Shown: one piece after another, positions 25,401 to 38,189 of the stretch
How the letters are laid out: the number at the start of each line of letters is the position of its first letter
Position numbering within the stretch: the stretch's first letter is position 1
Source of the DNA: Eledone cirrhosa
Lineage: Eukaryota
Direction of reading: 5' to 3'
Assembly (NCBI GenBank): GCA_964016885.1
Contig: OZ024741.1
Location: 384,338,001-384,402,000, forward strand
DNA length: 64,000 nucleotides
Made by a program: the position numbers and the translations under genes
Notes under the pieces: model-generated
Databases searched by the model: none
What the model was told of the DNA's origin: nothing
Seen by the model: only the letters and a program-made list of their open reading frames with translations

Positions 25401-26611
25401 AAGTGAGTGGTGACTTTAGCCGATGCATAATAGAGATGATTTAAATCAGTAATGTTTAGTTTTTTTGTGATGATAATGTCTTTGAGAATTATGTTAGTCT
25501 TGTGTATTATCTTTTGGTTCTGTTTGGAGTTCTGGATCTTAGGGAGGGTGTCTCGTTCCCCCATGTCAGATTCTTTCATTTTCATCCATTCGATCATAAT
25601 TTCATCCTTCAAGTTGGCAAGTTCATTCTCATTCATTTCTTTATCATTTACGATCTCATTGTTTTCATTTTGAGTTTCATCTTGAGCATGCACTCCTTCC
25701 ACTTTTTCGATCCTTTCTTTAATTTTTTCTGCTGTCAGTGATTCCGCCCCAACCCTGGGATTCGAAGTGTTGCAATTTACCTCGTTTTCACTGACACATG
25801 TTTCATTTTCCCTTCGCTGACTTTGTGCTAATAGCTTGATCTGATCAATTTCTATATCAGTTAGTAACTTTTTTTTTTACAATATTTCTTCGTATATTGG
25901 CTAGTTTGTTACTTTCAATATAGCCTCTGTTTTCGGGATGTTTCTTTTTACAATTGATATATGTCTGTTCTGTATTCGATGTATTTGATGGGTAGTACAT
26001 GGCAGTGTAGAAAGCCTCAAGGACTTCTTTATTACCTTCCCTTGACCATTTTTCTCTTTTTCTCTTTGGATTTCTTGATGGTGAGCATGGAGGGCCAACA
26101 GTAGGAGTATTCCGGTTATGGGAGGTCTCCAGCTCCGAAGTGATGGGAAGGTTTGAACCATTAGCTGATTTTTCGACCCCAGTCTGGTTCCTCTCTGAGG
26201 GACGCGACCCTTTTTTACCCGGGTGACGGCCGATCCGGTATGAGATTTTATCATTTGACATTTACTTTATTTTGTCGCGTTTTATCCTTATCCGCCAAGG
26301 GGTAATCATTTCGTGTTACCACTTCTAGGACGAGTGTCAACCAAGACTAGAGGGGTCCTCCTCCACTAGAGACACGGCTATTCCCCGCCGGCCGCCATCC
26401 CGGTATTTCTTGGTCACGGGGTTTTCTTTTTTGTTGTTTTTTTTAAATTGTTATTATCATGAGTGGTTCCTTAATGTGAGCATTGCGTGGCTTAAGAATG
26501 AAATTATTAATAATATAATATACTTTTCGCTGAAGTTGCCTGTTATTGTTGTTGGCTATGTCGGTGGTGGTGCTGGGGCTTTTTCTATTGTTGGTGAGGA
26601 AGGGGGGAGCC
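22492..26611 (-). mobile_element. Probably full-length decayed R4/Dong-type RLE retrotransposon, family I
   Basis: Single long ORF remnant, 5' region ~26262-26611, (TAA)n at both ends. Confidence 0.88.
22636..26261 (-). pseudogene. Dong-I ORF: RT + CCHC + restriction-like endonuclease
   Basis: WKSPGKD, YRPIICL, IDYKKAFDS, GIFQGDSLSP, LFYMDDLK, LPRKEGGRGL, CRVC..ETIDHIISMC, RHD, RPDIILKD, KYKDL, PVVVGALG. Several stops and frameshifts. Confidence 0.92.
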
Positions 26612-26612
26612 A

Positions 26613-26651
<39 letters not shown>

Positions 26652-26659
26652 GTTATTGT

Positions 26660-29213
26660 TATTCCTTGAATCTCAGTCATTGATGTTGGTTAACTGGAAA
26701 GTCCGTTGGATTGAATATCAAGCCACTACCTGCAGCCTCAGATATTCAGGACGTATCGGAGGGTTCTTGCCGTTCCAAGCAAGCATGCCTTTTGAAGCGT
26801 TCCAAAAAGCGTGAAGGGGCCGATTTTCTTTAACCATCCCTGGAAACCTTTGGAGATAGTCCCCAGTGCGCCTATGACAATCGGGATCACTTTGACTTCA
26901 TGGCAGTTCCAAATCCTTTTCACCTCCCACTTTAGGTCCTGGTATCGGTTAATTTTCTCCCTCTCCTTCTCTTGCACTCTCGTGTCGAACGGGCAGGCCA
27001 CATCCACAATCAGGCACGATCTTTTTTCTTTGTCCACAACCACCAGGTCAGGTCTATTGTGTTCCAGATTTTTGTCCGTCTGTATCCTAAAATCCCACAG
27101 CACCTTCACCTGACTGTTCTCCATCACCGCCTCTGGCCTATGCTCATACCATTTCTCAGAATGTGGTAGATTGTTTACTTTGCACAGGTGCCAGTGGATC
27201 ACCCTGCCCATCACATCGTGTCTCCAGCCCTTATAGTGGGTCTGGGCTAGGTGTTTACACTCGGACACAATGTGAGCCACAGTCTCCTCTCTCTCTCCAC
27301 AGATCCTGCACAGTGGGCTAGCCTCCTCCTTGTAGATATGGTGCTTCAACCACTTCGTTTTGAGGGCCTGCTCCTGCGCAGCCATTAGCATTCCTTCTGT
27401 AGCCTTTTTGAGGTCTCCTCTTCTCAACCAGTTCCATGTCTGTGGATCTCTAAATTCAGTTTTCCCAAAGAAGGTACTATGAAGGGATTTTCCCTTAAGG
27501 CTGCTCTTCCTCCTTGATGTTATTTCCTCCTTGGATATCCCCTGGCCTACTGTCCCCTCCTTCAGTACAGCTCTGAGCATTGGCTCCTTACTATAGGTCA
27601 CGTATTTGTATAGGTTGTTTTTCTCCATCTGAACACAGTCCTCTATGCTGATAAGACCTCTTCCACCCTCAGATCTCCTTAGGTAGAGTCTATCGACATC
27701 ACTCCTCTTGTGGAACATGTTGTAGATAGTCAATAGCTTCCTAGTTTTCCTATCCATTTCTTTTTGTTCAGCAACATTCCATCTCAGAATTCCCGCACTG
27801 TACCTAATAATAGACACAGCTCGGGAATTTACTGCGCTTATGGCATTTCTGCTGTTCAGATGTGACTTCAATACGCTCCTTACTCTCCGAATGTATTCAG
27901 TTCTTAACAATTCCTTCATTTTTTTGTTCTTTATGCCATCAGCCTCCAGAACGCCCAAATACTTGTATCCTTCCTCAGAGTCAATTTCCTTTATCATCTC
28001 ACCTGTTGGTATCTGGATCCCGTTACTTCTGCTCAACCTACCCCTCCTCATCACAATGACTCCACATTTACCAATACCAAACTGCATACATATATCACTG
28101 CTGAAAATACGGACAGTGTCAACAAGCACATCCAACTCCTTCTCACTTTTCCCGAAGAGCTTAAGATCGTCCATGAAGAGGAGGTGATTGATGGTAAGCT
28201 CTCCCCTTCCCAACTTGTATCCTGCTCTCACTTTTCGCAGCATAATGGTCAAGGGCATCAGGGCAAGGACAAACAACAGAGGGGACAGGCTATCTCCCTG
28301 GAAGATACCTCTCTTGATCTTCACGCTTCCCAAGGATACTCCAGTTGATGTCAACTCTGTCTCCCAGGACCCCATACTCCTGCCCAGCAACTGTCTGATG
28401 TTATCTGCCACCCTGAAGATCTCCAGGCTTTTGGTGATCCAGGAATGAGGCACCATGTCAAATGCCTTTCTGTAGTCTATCCATCCCATGGCAAGATCAG
28501 TGTGTCTCCTCCTACAATTCCCCATTACCATCTTATCAATAAGCAACTGGTCCTTTGTACCACGTGACTTCTTTCGGCATCCTTTCTGTTCGTCCGGCAA
28601 CAAGTTGTTTGTGTGGAGGTGATGGTAGATTTCCTCAGACACAATGCTCGTCAACAGTTTCCACATTACGGGCAGACATGTGATAGGTCTATAGTTGGTA
28701 ACATCATTACCCTTGATTCGGTCTTTCATTATCAGAACTGTGGTACCTTTTGTCAACCACTCTGGCACCTCACCCGACACCAAGCAGTCATTGAACATGG
28801 CCGTCAGCTTCGGGTGGAGGGATGTTAAATGTTTAATCCAATACCCCTGCACACCATCTGGGCCTGGTGATTTCCAGTTGGTTAGTTTTTTGGCTTGCCC
28901 CTTAAGAGTTTCAACTGTGATACTCAAATCAGTCTGTTGCTGTGCCTGCTCACCGATCTCCCTCTGTACTGTCTCAATCCACCCTGCCTGGGCATTGTGT
29001 CTAACATCCTGCTCCCATATTCCTCTCCAGAATGTTTTAGCTTGTTCCGCCCCAGGGATCAAGTCGTTGCCTCTTTCTTTCCCCTCAAGCTGTCCAAACA
29101 GCATCTTCTGGTTGTTGTCGAACATGCGGTTCTGTTTATACTGACTGACTCTGTTCTCGTATCGCCTGATTTTGGCACTCTTTGCTACAATGCGTTGCTT
29201 CAATTCCTCTATG
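26660..29213 (-). mobile_element. 5'-truncated R4/Dong family II element
   Basis: RT-CCHC-RLE frame plus a short 3' UTR. (TAA)n at both ends. Confidence 0.92.
26738..29213 (-). CDS. Uninterrupted but 5'-truncated RT-RLE reading frame of Dong-II
   Basis: ORF 26738..29317 without its microsatellite-derived poly-Ile start: WKSPGPDG, YRPITCL, DYRKAFD, QGDSLSP, FMDD, CRIC..ETVAHIVSEC, RHD, PDLVVVD..DV, EKINRYQDL. Confidence 0.85.
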
Positions 29214-29291
<78 letters not shown>

Positions 29292-29296
29292 GTTAT

Positions 29297-29732
29297 TACT
29301 CTTTGAGTCTCAGTCATTGATGTTAGTTAACTGGAAAGTTTGTTGAAATGAATATCAAGCCACTACCTGCAGCCTCAGATATTCAGGACGTATCGGAGGG
29401 TTCTTGCTGTTCCCAGCAAGCATGCCTTTTGAAGCGTTCCAAAAAGCGTGAAGGGGCCAATTTTCTTTAACCATCCCTGGAAACCTTTTGAGATAGTCCC
29501 TAGTGCGCCTATGACAATCGGGATCACTTTGACTTCATGGCAGTTCCAAATCCTTTTTACCCCACACTTTAAGTCCTGGTATCGGTTAATTTTCTCCCTC
29601 TCCTTCTCTTGCACTCTCGTGTTGAATGGGCAGGCCACATCCACAATAAGGCACGATCTTTTTCTTTGTCCAAAACCACCAGGTCAGGTCTATTGTGTTC
29701 CAGTTTCTTGTCCGTCTATATCCTAAATTCCC
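29297..29732 (-). mobile_element. Short 3' fragment of Dong-II
   Basis: Matches 26660-27097. (TAA)n on both sides. Confidence 0.9.
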
Positions 29733-29733
29733 A

Positions 29734-29799
<66 letters not shown>

Positions 29800-29803
<4 letters not shown>

Positions 29804-32527
29804 CTTGAATCTCAGTCATTGATGTTGGTTAACTGGAAAGTCCGTTGGAATGAATATCAAGCCACTACCTGCAGTCTCAGATATTCAGGACGTATCGGAG
29901 GGTTCTTGCTGTTCCCAGCAAGCATGCCTTTTGGAGCGTTCCAAAAAGCGTGAAGGGGCCGATTTTCTTTAACCATCCCTGGAAACATTTGGAGATAGTC
30001 CCCAGTGCGCCTATGACAATCGGGATCACTTTGACTTCATGGCAGTTCCAAATCCTTTTTACCTCCCACTTTAAGTCTTGGTATCGGTTAATTTTCTCCC
30101 TCTCCTTCTCTTGCACTCTCGTGTCGAATGGGCAGGCCACATCCACAATCAGACACGCTCTTTTTTCTTTGTCCACAACCACCAGGTCAGGTCTATTGTG
30201 TTCCAGTTTCTTGTCCGTCTGTATCCTAAAATCCCACAGCACCTTCACCTGATCGTTTTCCATCACCGCCTCTGGCCTATGCTCATACCATTTCTCAGAA
30301 TGTGGTAAATTGTTTACTTTGCACAGGTGCCAGTGGATCACCCTGCCCATCACATCATGTCTCCAGCCCTTATAGTGGGTCTGGGCTAGGTGTTTACACT
30401 CGGATACAATGTGAACCACAGTCTCCTCTCTCTCTCCACAGATCCTGCACAGTGGGCTAGCCTACTCCTTGTAAATATGGTGTTTCAACCACTTCGTTTT
30501 GAGGGCCTGCTCCTGCGCAGCCATTAACATTCCTTCTGTAGCCTTTTTGAGGTCTCCTCTTCTCAACCAGTTCCATGTCTGTGGATCTCTAAATTCAGTT
30601 TTCTCAAAGAAGGTACTATGAAGGGATTTTCCCTGAAGGCTGCTCTTTCTCCTTGATGTTATTTCCTCCTTGGACATCTCCTGGCCTACTGTCCCCTCCT
30701 TCAGTACAGTTCTGAGCATTGGCTCCTTACTATCAGTCACGTATTTGTATAGGTTGTTTTTCTCCATCTGAACACACTCCTCTATGCTGATAAGACCTCT
30801 TCCACCCTCAGATCTCCTTAGGTAGAGTCTATCGACATCACTCCTCTTGTGGAACATGTTGTAGATAGTCAATAGCTTCCTAGTCTTCCTATCCATTTCT
30901 TTTTGTTCAGCAACATTCCATCTCAGAATTCCCGCACTGTACCTAATAATAGACACAACTCGGAAATTTACTGCGCTTATGGCATTTCTGCTGTTCAGAT
31001 GTGACTTCAATACGCTCCTTACTCTCCGAATGTATTCAGTTCTTAACAATTCCTTCATTTTTTTTTTTCTTTATGCCATCAGCCTCCAGAATGCCCAAAT
31101 ACTTGTATCCTTCCTCAGAGTCAATTTCCTTTATCACCTCACCTGTTGGTATCTGGATTCCGTTACTTCTGCTCAACCTACCCCTCCTCATCACAATGAC
31201 TCCACACTTACTAATACCAAACTGCATACATATATCACTGCTGAAAATACGGACAGTGTCAACAAGCACATCCAACTCCTTCTCACTTTTCCCGAGGAGC
31301 TTAAGATCGTCCATGAAGAGGAGGTGATTGATGGTAAGCTCTCCCTTTCCCAACTTGTATCCTGCTCTCACTTTTCGCAGCATAATGGTCAAGGGCATCA
31401 GGACAAGGACAAACAACAGAGGGGACAGGCTATCTCCCTGGAAGATACCTCTCTTGATCTTCACGCTTCCCGAGGATTCTCCAGTTGATGTCAACTCTGT
31501 CTCCCAGGACCCCATACTCCTGCCCAGCAACTGTCTGATGTTATCTGCCACCTTGAAGATCTCCAGGCTTTTGGTGATCCAAGAATGAGGCACCATGTCA
31601 AATGCCTTTCTGTAGTCTATCCATCCCATGGCAAGATCAGTGTGTCTCCTCCTGCAATTCCCCATTACCATCTTATCAATAAGTAACTGGTCCTTTGTAC
31701 CACGTGACTTCTTTCGGCATCCTTTCTGTTCGTCCGGTAACAAGTTGTTTGTGTGGAGGTGATGGTAGATTTCCTCAGACACAATGCTCGTCAACAGTTT
31801 CCACATTACGGACAGACATGTGATAGGTCTATAGTTGGTAACATCATTACCCTTGATTCGGTCTTTCATTATCAGAACTGTGGTACCTTTTGTCAACCAC
31901 TCTGGCACCTCACCCGACACCAAGCAGTCATTGAACATGGCCGTCAGTTTCGGGTGGAGGGATGTTAAATTTTTAATCCAATACCCCTGCACACCATCTG
32001 GGCCTGGTGATTTCCAGTTGGTTAGTTTTTTTGTCTGCCCCTTAAGAGTTTCAACTGTGATACTCAAATCAGTTTGTTGGTGTGCCTGCTCACCGATCTC
32101 CCTCTGTACTGTCTCAATCCACCCTACCTGGTCATTATGTCTAACATCCTGTTCCCATATTCCTCTCCAGAATGTTTTAGTTTGTTCCGCCTCAGGGATC
32201 AAGTCGTTGCCTCTTTCTTTCCCCTCAAGCTGTCCAAACAGCATCTTCTGGTTGTTGTCGAACATGCGGTTCTGTTTATACTGACTGACTCTGTTCTCGT
32301 ATCGCCTGATTTTTGCACTCTTTGCTACAATGCGTTGCTTCAGTTCCTCTATGATAATATTTAGCTTTTTCCTCCTAGTTTTGTACTTTATTTCCAGTCT
32401 ATTTTTAGTGCCTATGTTTTTTAGTGTCCCATTCTGTAGTGACTCAATCTTTCCTATGTCATTTCTCATTTCCTTGATTTGACCACTTAGTCGTTTCTTC
32501 CACCAAGGCTCTGCTCTTTCTTGTCTG
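29800..32527 (-). mobile_element. 5'-truncated Dong-II copy with a frameshift and a stop
   Basis: ORFs 31036..32469, 30462..31058 and 29877..30419 are near-identical to the 26738 ORF. (TAA)n on both sides. Confidence 0.92.
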
Positions 32528-32756
32528 TTATTATTATTATTATTATTGGCGACCTACGTAGTAAATCGTATCATCGTGAGATCCGCAAAGGTTTGTTATT
32601 TCCGTTTGTTAAAAATTACCATTTATGGAAAATTTTTATTATTAACCATATATAAGCGCACATACATTGTTTTCTGAAAAGGACACCCAAAAAGATTGGG
32701 GCCTTGTGCCCAAAATTTAAACTTTTATTATTATCAAAAAGTTTCTTTGAAAAAAA

Positions 32757-34771
32757 ATGGCTAATTCACCTCTGCACCAAGCAGCCGAAAGCCTTCCTCA
32801 CAAATTAACACCTCACACCGACACCACCATTGTAAATGTTACTACGATTGCCAACACTACAAAAAGTATAAGCAGTAGCAATATTTTAAATTTGTCTCAG
32901 GCAGACATTCATTTCCCGCCATTACCAATGACTGCAGGTGTTAAAGCCTCCACCACCACCACCACCGCGACAACCACCACCCCACCACCACCACCCCCAA
33001 CACCACCGCGACAACAGAAACAAAAGAAGAAAAAAGTTTATTAACTCGTGATGTCGAAATGAAATCAAGCAAAATGGACACTTCCCCACCAAAGACGACT
33101 GACGTCACCACTACCACAACTGAAACTAAAATTAATATTAACACAAATAACGATAGCAACAACAACAACAATGACATTATAAAACCCCCCCTCAGTTTCG
33201 CCAGAGTAGCAAAACAATTCGAAGCATTTACGGTAACTCAGGAGGATTTAGAAAATGCCAAACAAATGGTAAAGAAAGATGGGTACAGGGTCAGCCTCAC
33301 CCCCACCCACCCCACCTAATAAAATGGAGCATCGGCGCCTATGCACCGTGTCGTATCGAACGATAAATGTAAAATCGCGCCGAGTGGAACGGGCATCCGA
33401 GTCCCAAATCCAAAAAGCTTTGGGACATGTGTGGGCAAGAAAAACCCACATCAGACGTGGGCAGAAGTATGGAACCGTGGACGTGTTCTTTGAAACACCA
33501 GAGGAGGGCAGAGAACACTCCATGGCCCCATTAAGAAGTGACGACTTCACACTCGTCCCAAGCTATTGTGGCCAGAGACTCGTAAAGATCAGGGTGACCC
33601 ACGTTCCACCGGCCATCGAAATTCCCTGGCTAATAGCGGCCGTCCTCGCCGGCATCGAAGCCAACACAAAAATAATAGCAATAGCAAAAGAAAAGCAGGA
33701 GAACTGGTCCGGATCCGGGATGGAGCTTCTGATCCAAGCGGACCAAAAAAGCATTGAGGAGATCCCAGAGGTAATAGACCTCACTGACGGCAGCCACCTC
33801 ACGGTAATTGTCGAGGGCAGAAGACCTAGGTGTGTCGTTTGTGGTGAAGGAACCCACCTAAGGGCTTTCTGCCCTCAGGCTAAAAGGTTGAGGCCACCTC
33901 TCCTACCCACCCCAGTGACACAACCATCAACACCACCAGTAGCAGAGATGGCAGCAACAACTGTAGCAGCAACAACAGAAGCAACTATAACAGCAACAAC
34001 CCCAGCAACAGTAGCAAAACCAACACCACCACCACCACCAGCAAAACCAATACCACCATCACCCAACGCTTCAGAACTAGCACCAGCGCCTACACTATCC
34101 ACCACGCCACAACCAAAACTAACGCCTGTGGAGGATTTTCCACTCCCCGGCTATCACAACTGGAGACAGATTGTGACGACGAGGAGTGGGAAACGATATC
34201 CGGAAAAAAAAAAAGAAACCAAAAAAGAAAAAATTCTCTTCCTTCCCCCTCCAAAAACAAAATACAGAGGGAAACAAATAAACTAAGAAACAAAAACGTT
34301 AGGACAGATATGCCACCATCCACACCAGCATCACCAACCCCATCAACCCAAACACCAACACCATCACCATCATTAACTCCAACACCACCATCACCTACAC
34401 CACAAAAGTTACCAAAATGCGAAACAGAAACAAACCCACAACAAACGCAAACAAAACAAAACAACCAAAACGATACACACTACACAGCATTAAATTTGAA
34501 CAACAAGCAATTATTACACTACATCCAACACAACACCAGCATCACAGAAAAAGACTACACAACAACCCCAAAATTCACACCACCTCCACACATACAAATC
34601 ACTCACATCACACAGAAAACGTACATGACACTAAAACAAAAATTCCCCAAAGACATCGGAGACTTCCGACAAGCACTCTCCAGGAGGATTTATAAGGACA
34701 TCCTTCCTGAGGAGGCCACAAGCAGTGAAAAGGATGGAAAAACCGTCCTTCCCCTACGAGAAGTAAGGTAA
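32757..34771 (+). pseudogene. Tx1-C ORF1, frameshifted
   Basis: LVPSYCGQ, EGRRPRCVVCGEGTHLRAFC knuckle, C-terminus homologous to B (LKQKFP..IGDFR). Confidence 0.83.
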
Positions 34772-34805
34772 GTGGTCTTTCCCATCTTTTCCACTCCTTT
34801 TCAAC

Positions 34806-37800
34806 ATGACCTCACTCAGAATAGGCAGCATAAATGCGCGTGGCTTGGGGTCGTCATGGAAGCAGGGCCACCTGCTCAACGACCTCAGGTCACTAAACAT
34901 AGATGTAGTGGCCATCAGCGAGACCAGAATCTCCGAAGCACAGGCTTTCGCACCGATCTTCGGCGGCTACGATTTGTACGCATCTCCCAGCCGTCCGGGA
35001 TCGGGGGGAGGAGTTGCTGTGCTTTTTCGGAGAGGTTTGGATCTTGCCATACGGGCCATCTTCCTGGACCCAGAAGGTAAGTTGGTGGTGCTGGACGTGA
35101 CCAGCAGGGACGGGCAAGCTTTCAGGTTAGTGGCCGTCTATGCCCCGACAGGAGCAGGGCGGCCTGATTTCTTCCGGCGTCTGGAGATCTTTCTTGGAAC
35201 GTCCCGCTCTTTAGTGTTAGTGGGCGACTGGAACGGGATCTTAGATGCACGCTGGGATTGTTTGGGATTAGTGGATAGGGAAGGAGGGTGCAAGAGTCTC
35301 ACCAACCTGCTCAGGCGTTTTGAACTGTCTGACAGGTACCGAATGGATTTCCCGAATGTACCAATGTGGACTTGGACAAATCGCATAGGGTCATCCAGAT
35401 CATATCTAGATAGAGTATTTTGTAGGGAAATAGATAGGTCTAGCATAGGCTGTCCACAATTCAAGATAGTCAGCTACACGGACCACAAATTCGTGATCTG
35501 TGTGCTTGACTTAGATAGGCTTCATAGGCGAGGACCCGGCTACAGGAAGCTAAACGCGTCCTTACCAGCGCGCAAGGCCTACAGAGACCGGATTAGCGAA
35601 CTAGTTAAGCGGGCGTTGACGGGGGCCATATTCAACAACAAGTGGTGGTTTGCTCTGAAAAGAGCAGTTAGAATAGAGTCCATTAGGTTTATTAAGACTT
35701 TAGCAATAGAGAAAAATAGAGCAGAGGGAGAACTAGTTAGAAAATTAGATGAAGCGCTTAGCAAAGGCATCGCGACCGACGTAGTTGCGGCGAAATTGGC
35801 CCTTGACCAATTCTTCAATGCAAAGCACGAAGGCTGCGTTGTCAGAGCTAGGGTGCGTGCTCTCAGACACGAGGGGACGAAAGCCGTTTAATGGGCCCGA
35901 GTGGCGGAGGCGCGTCGTGGCAACAAAGCCACGATCCGGTCTTTGGTGGACCACGACGGGCGCATGCTACTCGATCCCGGGCAAATGTGTGAAGCTTTTC
36001 AGCGACACCTCGCTCAACTGTTCGGGGGCAGTGGCGGGCCGGATCGAGGGATGGACTTTAGTGTCTACCTCGACGGACTGCCGCGGCTTTCGGCCACTGA
36101 GGCGGAGTGTTGCGAAAAGCCGATAACAACCGCTGAAGTACGGGATGCAATGACTAGTTGCACAAGGGGTAAATCGCCTGGTTTGGATGGTCTGCCCTAT
36201 GAACTTTACGTACAAATGCCAAACTTGTTCGGAGGCCTCTTGGCGGACGTCTACTGCAACTGACAACAGAACGGGAGAATTCCCAGCTCTGTGAGCCGAG
36301 GAGCTTTGGCGCTGCTGAGAAAGCATCCGAACAAGGGGGATAACATAGATAATTTTAGGCCCATAACTCTGCTAAACACAGAGTTCAAGATGTTGGCCAA
36401 GGTGCTCGGTCCGCCAAGGATGTCCCCTCGCGTCCCTATTGTACGTATTGACTCCCGAGCCATTACTGCACAAACTGGAGACGTTGAGAGGGATCCCGCG
36501 CGAACTAGGATGCGGAAGATCCGTGTCAGCATATGCCGACGATGTCACCGTAGTGGTGTCGAACGCCAAACACATCGAGGCGATCGGCACTACACTAAGA
36601 GAATACGAAGCGGTGACAGGAGCAATGATCAACCAGGAAAAGTCAGTGGGCCTGCAGCTCGGCACCTGGAGAGGCAGGTCCATGCCGTCCAACAGCGTCG
36701 TCGGGCGCTGGACAGACGGACCGGTTAAATTGCTAGGAGTCTGGTTCGGTCCAGACCTCCAGACGGACAAAAACTGGGACGAGGTGACGAGCAGGGTGGC
36801 TTCTCTCACCCAGAAATGGGCCGAGAGGAAGCTATCCCTGAAAGGTCGAGCGGAGGTGGCTAACGCGTACATCGCGTCCGTCATCTACTACCGCCTGACC
36901 ATCGTACCTAGTCCTAAGCCCCCGCCTGACTGCGCTGGAGCGTTTGCTCTTTCGCTTCTTGTGGAAGGGACGCGCTCCGATGGTCAGGCGGTCCATCTGC
37001 TGTCAACACCCGCTACGTGGAGGGCTAGGCATGCCGTGGCTGATGATGCGCAGACACGCGCTCAGGTTACGACATCTCCACCTCTTCCTCGACGGTGATC
37101 AGGTGTGGTCGCCGTTTGCTAGACACGTTTTTCCCCAGCTCGTCTCCTTGACGGAGCTGCAGTCCTGGGTCAAGCGAAGACCGAGAAGGAGCGCTTGGAG
37201 ACTGGAATGTCTTCAGGCGCTCACAGCCCTCGACCAATCGGGCAATGTGATCGGTGGAAACTCCACCTTGGCGTTCTATAGGGGATTAGTGGAGGGGAAG
37301 AGCGACGACGTACTTGGAGAAACTCTAGGCGTCGACGAAAATCAACTAGCCAATCTCTTCGGAAGGACTTTCGGGCCGGGGCCTATGGACAACTTCCAGA
37401 AATCCCTGGCCTGGCAGTGCTACCGGGGTGCTTTGCCAGTTCGGGATAAACTTTACAGGCATGGAGGTGCCGTCAGCCGGGCATGTCCGAGATGCGCACA
37501 GGGCGACGAAACCGTCCTGCACGCACTCGTCCAGTGTGCGAGCATTGCTGACTTGTGGGTTTATGTCGAACACCTGCTGTCACGTGTAGGACGGATCCAG
37601 CTATCAGCTGAGTCCATCGTGAGGATTGCCCCGCCCTCTTCCTTTAGCCGGGAAGGGCAGGCAGTTTTTATCTGTCTGGTGGCCATGGCGAAAGAGATAG
37701 TATGGTGGACACGTTTGAAAGGGCTGAAGACGAGCACTTACCTCTTCGGTGATGCCCTGATTAACTTTTTCAAATTTCATCTGAAAAGGAAAATCAGGGT

Positions 37801-37900
37801 AGAGAGGGAAGTGCTCTCTTCCCAGCATTTTGTTGAAAGATGGGTGAGAGAAGCAAGTATGGCCCGAGTTAATGGGCCTTCTCTGAGTATGTGTCTGTAA
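34806..37900 (+). pseudogene. Tx1-C ORF2 (APE-RT-CCHC) with stops, a frameshift and a ~0.3 kb deletion
   Basis: APE motifs intact and YADD present. Sequence jumps from LAKVL to the SVRQGCP region at ~36405. Confidence 0.92.
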
Positions 37901-38142
37901 ATTAAAGGTGGAAAACTGGGAGAGGGCACTTGCCCTGGTGGTCAGGGCCACTGTGGTCTTTTAATGGGCTTTCTCCACAAATGTCCCTCGGAAGTCTCCC
38001 CCCTATTGGAGAATTTTTCTTTGTTTTTTATTTCATCCTCTTTTTTTTTTACACGCAGAAATGCCCATTTGTACCGTCCTGTATTGTCCTGTACTGTCCT
38101 TAATGTCTACTTTATGTAAACCCTTATGGTTAATAAAGAAAA

Positions 38143-38183
<41 letters not shown>

Positions 38184-38189
<6 letters not shown>

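Larger units (their letters stand above)
32548..38188 (+). mobile_element. Near-full-length Tx1-clade element, family C, with an internal RT deletion
   Basis: 5' UTR, ORF1, ORF2, 3' UTR. (TTA)n on both sides. Confidence 0.92.

Noticed and set aside
9658-37951. Antisense ORFs over the Tx1 and Dong elements
   Set aside because: They are shadow frames of the retroelement coding sequence and low-complexity tracts.
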